A stretch of DNA of 64,000 nucleotides from an uncultured Bacillota bacterium (lineage in GTDB: Bacteria; Sysuimicrobiota; Sysuimicrobiia; Sysuimicrobiales; Segetimicrobiaceae). The notes under the pieces are model-generated. The model did no database searches, had not been told where the DNA came from, and worked only from the letters and a program-made list of their open reading frames with translations. A program made the position numbers and the translations under genes. Below, piece by piece: positions 57,326 to 64,000 of this stretch (position 1 is its first letter; each line of letters opens with the position of its first letter). The stretch covers positions 640,001 through 704,000 of the forward strand of contig CAWDRG010000017.1 in NCBI GenBank assembly GCA_963804645.1, in the 5' to 3' direction.

Positions 57326-58861
57326 ATGAGTCGCAGAGGCCTCGCAGGGCCCGCCCTGTGCGCCATCGTCGTGCTGCTGATCTACGCCGGCATGGCCCCC
57401 GCGGGCGCCCAGAGTTCGGACACCATCGTGGTCGCGCAGACCGTCGACATCCAATCGGGCGACCCCTACAAAACCGCGCTCACCACGTCCTACAACGTCC
57501 TGACGAACGTCTACGACACGCTCATCAATCGCGACGTCAACTTCAAGCCGGTCCCCGGCCTGGCAACGTCCTGGCGGGCGGTCGACCCCACGACGTGGGA
57601 GTTCAAACTCCGCCACGGCGTGCTGTTCCACGATGGGGAGCCGTTCAACGCCAGCGTGGTCAAGTTTTCGCTGGATCGGGCGTTTGACCCGAAGATCCAC
57701 TGGGGCGGCATCGGCTACCTGCGCCCCATCAAATCGGTCGAGGTCGTTGACGACTACACCGTCCGCCTGCACACCGAACAGCCGTGGCCGCTCCTGCCCA
57801 GCTACGTCGGCTACTACTTCTGGATGGTCCCCCCGCAGTATCTCGCGCAGAACGGCGACGACGCCCTGGTGCGCCACCCGATCGGCACGGGCCCGTACAA
57901 GTTCGTCCAGTGGACGCGAGACGATCGGGTCGAGCTGATCGCGAACAACGACTTCTGGGGTGGCAAGCCGAAGATTGCGCACCTGGTGTTCCGGGTGATC
58001 CCAACCGATGCCGGCCGGCTCGCGGAGCTGCTCGCGGGATCGGTGGACATGATTCCGCTGGTCCCTCCCGAGGCGTTCGACCCGATTCGCAACTCGCCGC
58101 GGACGAAGCTGGTCTTCGCGAAGAGCACGACGGTCTACTTTTTTCTCTTCAATCTCCTGAACATCCCGTCCACGCGGCCGCTCGCGGACAAGCGCGTCCG
58201 GGAGGCCCTCAACTACGCCGTCGACCGCAATCTCCTGAACAGCGGGGTCATGCGGAACGCGGCGACGCCGATCGCGACCTTCTGCAGCGACGTCTCGTTC
58301 GGCTGCGACAAATCGATCATCGGCTACCCGTACGATCCCGCGCGGGCGCGGACGTTGTTGAAGGAAGCCGGCTACGCCAACGGATTCGACATGACCGTGG
58401 TCACCCCGTCGGGGGCGTATCCGGGCGATCGGGATCTCAGCCTCGCGCTGGCGGATCAACTCAAGAACGTCGGGGTGCGGGTGCACGTGGAGGTCCGCGA
58501 GTACGGCCTCCTGCTGAGCCAGGTCCTGACGCGCACGCTGCCGGGCGGCGACGCCGTCTTCCTCCGATTCTCGGACCTGCTCGGGTACGCGGGAGCCATT
58601 CCCGCCACGGCCTTCGAGAACTCCGGATCGTCGTCCTACTGGAACGACCCCGAGTTTGACCAGTTGATCGATGCCGCGAGAAACACGCTCGACGAGACGG
58701 CCGCGCGGAAGCTGTACCGGCAGGCCCAGGTGCTGTTCGAGAACGAGGCGCCCGCGATTACGCTCTTCACCGCCCCGGCCGCGTACGGGATGCGGAAGAA
58801 TCTCCAGTGGACGCCGCGCACGGACTTCCGCCTGAAGATGTTCCCCGCGGCGCTGCAGTAG
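57326..58861 (+). CDS. ABC peptide-type substrate-binding protein (family 5), no cognate permease nearby
   Basis: Signal peptide ending AGA; motifs VYDTL, PGLATSW, FHDGEPF, PIGTGPYKF and VREALNYAVD. Confidence 0.93.
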   Translation: MSRRGLAGPALCAIVVLLIYAGMAPAGAQSSDTIVVAQTVDIQSGDPYKTALTTSYNVLTNVYDTLINRDVNFKPVPGLATSWRAVDPTTWEFKLRHGVLFHDGEPFNASVVKFSLDRAFDPKIHWGGIGYLRPIKSVEVVDDYTVRLHTEQPWPLLPSYVGYYFWMVPPQYLAQNGDDALVRHPIGTGPYKFVQWTRDDRVELIANNDFWGGKPKIAHLVFRVIPTDAGRLAELLAGSVDMIPLVPPEAFDPIRNSPRTKLVFAKSTTVYFFLFNLLNIPSTRPLADKRVREALNYAVDRNLLNSGVMRNAATPIATFCSDVSFGCDKSIIGYPYDPARARTLLKEAGYANGFDMTVVTPSGAYPGDRDLSLALADQLKNVGVRVHVEVREYGLLLSQVLTRTLPGGDAVFLRFSDLLGYAGAIPATAFENSGSSSYWNDPEFDQLIDAARNTLDETAARKLYRQAQVLFENEAPAITLFTAPAAYGMRKNLQWTPRTDFRLKMFPAALQ

Positions 58862-58920
58862 GCCGCCGCCGGAGCCCCTGCCCCGAGTCCCTGAAACACG
58901 GGAGCCCAGCGGAGGACACG

Positions 58921-60771
58921 ATGCCAACCGATCGCGATGCGCACGAACCAAGAGCCGCCTCGACCGGTCCGCAGATCGTCGCGAGTGGGGAGAACGTGCG
59001 CTACGACCGTCCGACTCGCGACGCGACGACCCGGCCGGTCATCCGCGGCCGGTCGCTCGTCGTCGCCTGCGGCCACTATCTCGCCAGCCTCGCCGGCATG
59101 CAGATGCACGCGCTGGGGGGCAACGCGATCGACGCGGGCGTGGCGATGGTGTTCGCGCAGGCGGTGCTGGAGTTCCAGGGGTTCGGGTTCGGCGGGGAGG
59201 CCGCGACCCTCCTCTACTCCGCGCGCGACCGCCGTGTGGTGGCGATCAACGGCAACATGCGGGCGCCGCGGGCGGCCACGATCGAATGGTTCCGGGCGCG
59301 CGGCATCACCGATATTCCGGGCGACGGCTTCCTACCGGCCGGGGTCTGCGCCGCGCCGGACGCGCTGTTCACGGCGCTCGACCGGTATGGACGGCTCAGC
59401 CTGGCGCAGGTGCTGGCGCCCGCGATCGATCTCGCCGCGAACGGGTTCGCGATGTACGAGGGCATGCAGCGATCCCTCCAGGCCTCCGCGTCGCGGTTTC
59501 AATCCGAATGGCCGACCTCGGCGGCGCTGTTCCTCCGCGACGGCGCCCCGCCCGCGGTGGGCGACGTCTGGCGCAACCCCGACCTCGCGCGCACGTACGA
59601 GCGGCTGGTCGAGGCCGAGCAGCGTGCGCGATCGCGCGGCCGCCACGAGGCCCTCGAGGCCGCCCGCGACTTCTTCTACCGGGGTCCGATCGCGCACGAG
59701 ATCGTGGCGTTCCAGCGCGACACGGCGATCCGGGACGCCGGCGGGACCGTCTCGTCCGGCCTGCTGACCGAAGAGGATTTCGCATCGTTCGACACGCGGA
59801 TCGAGACGCCGGTGACGGTGGACTACCGCGGCTACGACGTGTACAAGTGCGGACCGTGGTCCCAGGGGCCCGTCTTCCTGCAGCAGCTCAGGCTGCTCGA
59901 GACCTTCGATCTGCGCGGACTCGGGCACAACACCGCGGACTACATCCATACCGTGATCGAAGCCGCCAAGCTCGCGTTCGCGGATCGAGAGCGGTACTAC
60001 GGCGATCCCGAGTTTGTCGACGTCCCGATGCGCGGGCTCCTCTCCAGGGAGTACGCCGCGGCGCGGCGCGCTCTGATCGATCCGCAGACGGCCTCGCCGG
60101 AGTGGCGTCCCGGCGACCCGTATCCGTTCCAGGGGGACGCCCCGCCGCGGGCGCCCGCGCCCACCGCCTCGCGCGCGTGGCACGGCGGGACGACCGGCAC
60201 CCGTGCCGTGGACGCCGAGGGCAACATGTTTTCCGCCGTCCCGTCCGGCGCGACATTCCGCGGGTCGCCCGTCATCCCGGGGCTCGGGTTCAGCCTCGGC
60301 ACCCGCGGGCAGATGTTCTGGCTCGACGATCCCGAGCATCCGGCCGCGCTCCGCCCGAGGAAGCGGCCGCGGACGACGCTCTCCCCCACCCTGGTGCTCA
60401 AGGACGGCCAGCCGTTTCTCGTGAGTGGGACGCCCGGGGGGGACCAGCAGGACCAGTGGCCGCTGCACGTCTTCCTGAACGTGGTCGAGTTTGGGATGGG
60501 ACTGCAGGAGGCGATCGACAGCCCGAGCTTCCACACGCTGCACGCGCCGAGCTCGTTCTACCCGCGGGAGGCCCGCCCAAACGAGATCGTCGTGGAAAAT
60601 CGGGTGCCGGCCAACGTGATCGCGGAGCTGACCCGGCGCGGGCACATCGTGCGCATCGTCGGCGCCTGGAACCTCAACTACACCACCGCCGTCACCTACG
60701 ATCCGAGCCGCAGGCTCATCGAGGGAGCCGCCAGTTCCCGCGCGGAGCGGCACTACGCCCTCGGATGGTAG
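58921..60771 (+). CDS. Gamma-glutamyltransferase-family Ntn hydrolase (cytoplasmic, HpxW-like)
   Basis: GGAGG RBS. Motifs GGNAIDA, PWSQG, KLAFADR..YYGDP, cleavage-site GGTTG, PRTTLSP and GTPGGDQQ; no signal peptide. Confidence 0.92.
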   Translation: MPTDRDAHEPRAASTGPQIVASGENVRYDRPTRDATTRPVIRGRSLVVACGHYLASLAGMQMHALGGNAIDAGVAMVFAQAVLEFQGFGFGGEAATLLYSARDRRVVAINGNMRAPRAATIEWFRARGITDIPGDGFLPAGVCAAPDALFTALDRYGRLSLAQVLAPAIDLAANGFAMYEGMQRSLQASASRFQSEWPTSAALFLRDGAPPAVGDVWRNPDLARTYERLVEAEQRARSRGRHEALEAARDFFYRGPIAHEIVAFQRDTAIRDAGGTVSSGLLTEEDFASFDTRIETPVTVDYRGYDVYKCGPWSQGPVFLQQLRLLETFDLRGLGHNTADYIHTVIEAAKLAFADRERYYGDPEFVDVPMRGLLSREYAAARRALIDPQTASPEWRPGDPYPFQGDAPPRAPAPTASRAWHGGTTGTRAVDAEGNMFSAVPSGATFRGSPVIPGLGFSLGTRGQMFWLDDPEHPAALRPRKRPRTTLSPTLVLKDGQPFLVSGTPGGDQQDQWPLHVFLNVVEFGMGLQEAIDSPSFHTLHAPSSFYPREARPNEIVVENRVPANVIAELTRRGHIVRIVGAWNLNYTTAVTYDPSRRLIEGAASSRAERHYALGW

Positions 60772-60871
60772 CAGGCCGCCGCTCGTCCCGGCAGAGGCGC
60801 GGTGGCGCACACCGGCCCGACGGCCGCAATCCCCTGACACGCCGATCGGCCGCGATCGGCGAGGACCGTCG

Positions 60872-62257
60872 ATGCTCGACCTGGTGATTCGCGGGGGCGC
60901 CGTGGCGACCGCGGGCAGTCTCTCCGTCTGCGATGTGGGCGTCCTCGACGGACGCATCGTGCAGCTCGGCGGGGGAATGCAGGGACGGCGCATGATCGAC
61001 GCCGGCGGGCGCTACGTGTTTCCCGGCGGGATCGACGTCCATGTGCATTTCACGCCCCAGGTGGAGCCTCGCCCGGACGATGAGCAGTGGGCCGACGACT
61101 TCTACGACGGCTCGCGGGCGGCCATCGCCGGCGGCATCACGACCGTCGGCAACATGACCTACCCGTACGACGGGGAGACGCTCGCCGATGCCTTGAGGCG
61201 GGATCTCGCGGTCGCCGCGCGCGACGCCGCGGTCGACTACATTCTGCATCCCGTGCTGAAGTCTCCGTCCGGCGAGGCGGTGGCCGAGCTGCCCGGGCTC
61301 GCCGCGGACGGCCACACGAGCCTGAAGATCTTCATGTCGACCGAACTGTTCGATGCGCGCGCCGACGTGTATCTCGACGCGATGCGGACCGCGGGCCAGC
61401 ACGGCATGCTGACCGTGCTCCACTGCGAGGACGGCGCGCTGATCCGGTATCTGTACCGGCAGGTGCTGGCCGGCGGCCGCCGGCCGGTCGCCGACGTGCG
61501 CCGCGCGCGGCCGACGTACACGGAGACCGCCGCGGTCGACCGCGCCGTGGCCTTCGCAAGGGCTGCGGCGGCGCCCATCTACGTCGCGCATCTCTCCTCG
61601 GCGGGCGCGCTCGACCGGTGCCGGCACGCGCGCGCGGAGGGAGTCCCCGTCTACGTGGAGACGCGCCCGATGTACCTCTACCTCACCGAGGACGTGTTCG
61701 ACGAGCCCGATGGCGCGAAGTACCTCGGGCACCCCCCGGCGAGGACCCAAAGCGATGTCGAGGCGCTCTGGCACGGCCTCGCGCACGGCGACGTGCACTG
61801 CCTGGGCAGCGACCACGCCCCCTGGCTGCTGCGACAGAAACTGGCCGCCACGCTCACCCTCCAGCCGTCGGCCTCCCGGTCCGGCGTCGGCGAGCTCGAG
61901 GCCCAGCTACCGCTGCTGTACTCGGAGGGGGTCCGCCTCGGCCGCATCTCGCTGAGCCGCTTCGTCGAGCTGACGTCCACGAACGCGGCGAAGCTGTTCG
62001 GCATGTACCCGCGCAAGGGAACGATCGCGGTCGGATCGGACGCCGATCTCGTGGTGTGGGATTCCGAGACGCGGTGGATCATCGACGGGGCGGCGATGCA
62101 GTCGAAGACAGACTACTCCGTGTACGACGGATGGGAGGTCCGCGGCAAACCGGTCCTGACGGTAAGCCGCGGCGAGATCGTGTTCGAGGACGGCGAGGTC
62201 ACGGCCCAGCGCGGTCGGGGACGCTGGGTGCGCCGGGACCGAACCGCGCCGCTGTAG
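60872..62257 (+). CDS. Dihydropyrimidinase/D-hydantoinase-like cyclic amidohydrolase
   Basis: Motifs PGGIDVHVH, GGITT, LKIF, HCED, HLSS, GSDHAP and KGTIAVGSDADLVVWD. Confidence 0.92.
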   Translation: MLDLVIRGGAVATAGSLSVCDVGVLDGRIVQLGGGMQGRRMIDAGGRYVFPGGIDVHVHFTPQVEPRPDDEQWADDFYDGSRAAIAGGITTVGNMTYPYDGETLADALRRDLAVAARDAAVDYILHPVLKSPSGEAVAELPGLAADGHTSLKIFMSTELFDARADVYLDAMRTAGQHGMLTVLHCEDGALIRYLYRQVLAGGRRPVADVRRARPTYTETAAVDRAVAFARAAAAPIYVAHLSSAGALDRCRHARAEGVPVYVETRPMYLYLTEDVFDEPDGAKYLGHPPARTQSDVEALWHGLAHGDVHCLGSDHAPWLLRQKLAATLTLQPSASRSGVGELEAQLPLLYSEGVRLGRISLSRFVELTSTNAAKLFGMYPRKGTIAVGSDADLVVWDSETRWIIDGAAMQSKTDYSVYDGWEVRGKPVLTVSRGEIVFEDGEVTAQRGRGRWVRRDRTAPL

Positions 62258-62348
62258 TCCGACCCCGCCCCGTGCCCGGCCGGGCGCGCCGGCCGATCGT
62301 GCGTGACGTGGACGCCCCGGACGGTGGGAGGCATGCCCTGTGTCCAGC

Positions 62349-63122
62349 ATGTTTGATCTGAGCGGGAAGACCGCGATCGTCACCGGCGCGTCGATCGGGG
62401 GGCTCGGCTACTCGATGGCGCTGGCCCTGGCCGAGGCCGGCGCGGACGTGGCGGTGTGCGATGTCGAGGCGCGCCGCGCGGACCTCGAGACGACGGCGCG
62501 TGCCATCGGGGAGGCGGGACGCCGCGCGCGGATCTGCTGCTTCGACGTCACGGACGGGCCGGCGGTCGAGCGCGCCGTGCAGGACACGGCGCGCGAGTGG
62601 GGCCGTCTTGACGTCGCGGTCAGCAATGCGGGCATCGCGATGCCGAAACCCGCCTCGAGATCGGCTTGGACGAGTGGCGGCACCTGCTCGAGGTCAATCT
62701 CACGGGCACGTGGCTCTTCGACCAGGCGGTCGGCCGCGTGATGGTCGCGCAGCGGGCCGGCAAGATCATCAACATCGCGTCGCAGGTGGCGGCGATCGTA
62801 CGGGAGACCCCTCACGCGCCCTACTACGCGTCGAAGAGCGGGGTGCTCAATCTGACGCGCGCGCTGGCCGCCGAGTGGGGCCGGGCGGGCGTCTACGTCA
62901 ACGCGATCGCCCCGGGGGTCTTCTATCCGACGCGCATCAGCCGCCCCACGCTGGGCGCGCAGCCGGGCCGGCTGGAGGCGGCGGCCCACCGCACGATGCT
63001 CGGCCGCGTGGGCAATGCGGCCGAGGATCTCAAAGGGAGCCGTCGTGTTTCTCGCCTCGGCGGCGTCGGACTACGTCACCGCCCACATTCTGTACGTGGA
63101 CGGCGGCTGGACCGCCTGGTAG
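62349..63122 (+). pseudogene. SDR oxidoreductase (gluconate 5-dehydrogenase-like) with two frameshifts; may be intact in vivo
   Basis: TGASIGGLG and SNAG lie in one frame, YYASK and VNAIAPG in a second, and AVVFLASAASDYVT..LYVDGGWTAW* back in the first. One base is missing near 62653 and one is extra near 63036. Confidence 0.8.
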
Positions 63123-63230
63123 GCGGACCCGCGTGATCAGAGCAGGGGATGAGAAAACCCGAATGGAAACCCCGGTGATCACCACACGGGAACGCGCGCA
63201 CCGGGCGTGCGCGCGGGCGAAGGAGAACGC

Positions 63231-64000
63231 GTGATCGGTCACGAGCTCCCCGCGACGATACGGGATGTCGCCCCACTGATCCGCGCGCGCACAGTCTCTC
63301 CCACCGACCTAGTCGAACACTGCCTTGACCGAGTTGCGTCGCTCAACACGACGGTGCACGCCTACGTGACGGTCTGCGGGGAGCAGGCGCGGGCCGACGC
63401 GCGGGACGCGGAACGCGCGCTGCAGCGGGGGGAGTACCGGGGTCCGCTCCACGGGATCCCGGTCTCGGTCAAGGACGTCATCGAGACCAAGGACATTCCG
63501 ACCACGTGGGGGACGCGGGCGCTCGCCGAGTACCGGCCGCCGGAAGACGCCACCGTAGTCACGAAACTGCGCGAGGCCGGAGCGATCCTGCTCGGCAAAG
63601 CCAACGTCGACACATACCCGTATCACGGCGCCCCGGGCAGCCCGACCCTTGGCCCGACGCGAAACCCGTGGGATCTCGCGCGATCCGCCGAGCGCTCGAG
63701 CGGGGGATCGGCCGCCGCCGTGGCCGCGGGCTTCGACTACGGCAGCATCGGCACCGACAACGGCGGCTCGGTGCGAATCCCAGCGGCGACCTGCGGCGTC
63801 GTCGGTCTGAAGCCGACGTTCGGGCGGGTCAGCAAGTACCGTGTCTTCCCCTACAGCGTCTCATTCGACCACCCGGGTCCGATCGCCAGAAGCGTCTTCG
63901 ACTGCGCGTCGCTCCTCACGGCGATCGCCGGCCACGATCCCCACGACCCCGCGGCGGTCGACCGCCCCGTGCCCGACTATACGCGCGAGATCGAGGAGCC
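63231..64000 (+). CDS. Amidase-signature (GatA-like) amidase, 3'-partial
   Basis: AAGGAG RBS and GTG 63231. Motifs GPLHGIPVSVKD, GAILLGKAN, TRNPW, SSGGS, GTDNGGSVRIPA and GLKPTFGRVS; open to the window end. Confidence 0.92.
   Translation, partial: MIGHELPATIRDVAPLIRARTVSPTDLVEHCLDRVASLNTTVHAYVTVCGEQARADARDAERALQRGEYRGPLHGIPVSVKDVIETKDIPTTWGTRALAEYRPPEDATVVTKLREAGAILLGKANVDTYPYHGAPGSPTLGPTRNPWDLARSAERSSGGSAAAVAAGFDYGSIGTDNGGSVRIPAATCGVVGLKPTFGRVSKYRVFPYSVSFDHPGPIARSVFDCASLLTAIAGHDPHDPAAVDRPVPDYTREIEE

Noticed and set aside
56013..60771. Poly-gamma-glutamate capsule operon
   Set aside because: No capB or capC is present, the CapA-like and GGT proteins lack export signals, and they are interleaved with SBPs.
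1..64000. CRISPR array, tRNA/rRNA, prophage, defence system or secondary-metabolite cluster
   Set aside because: I saw no regularly spaced repeats, structural RNA signatures, phage, integrase or nuclease genes, or NRPS/PKS/RiPP core genes. Reading by eye could miss small RNAs.

Overview
A very GC-rich bacterial window, probably from a metagenome-assembled genome. It holds about 55 genes, nearly all for small-molecule catabolism: amidohydrolases and peptidases, aminotransferases, flavin amine oxidases, three enolase-superfamily enzymes, SDRs, two molybdoenzymes and ABC solute-binding proteins. I recognised no housekeeping gene, rRNA, tRNA, CRISPR array or transcription factor. The main blocks are: (i) a ceramidase-like hydrolase, two class III aminotransferases, an aldehyde dehydrogenase and a quinone oxidoreductase (1-6702); (ii) a membrane-protein gene apparently split by an IS1380 remnant carrying a methyltransferase (6800-8484); (iii) an operon with a sugar-type ABC transporter, ceramidase-like hydrolase, isomerase-like protein, enolase and SDR (16243-24077); (iv) a Tat-exported IorAB-like molybdoenzyme; (v) an M20-fold protein lacking its metal ligands, next to a crotonase and a CoA ligase; (vi) a peptidase/oxidoreductase operon with tandemly duplicated M20 dipeptidases (34560-46025); (vii) an amine/imine redox cluster (46397-54226); (viii) a run of SBP, CapA-like, SBP, GGT, hydantoinase, SDR and amidase genes (54316-64000). 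The most unusual signals are several enzymes with rewired catalytic motifs. Several single-base frameshifts suggest long-read indel errors. All family assignments come from motif recognition by eye, not database searches.
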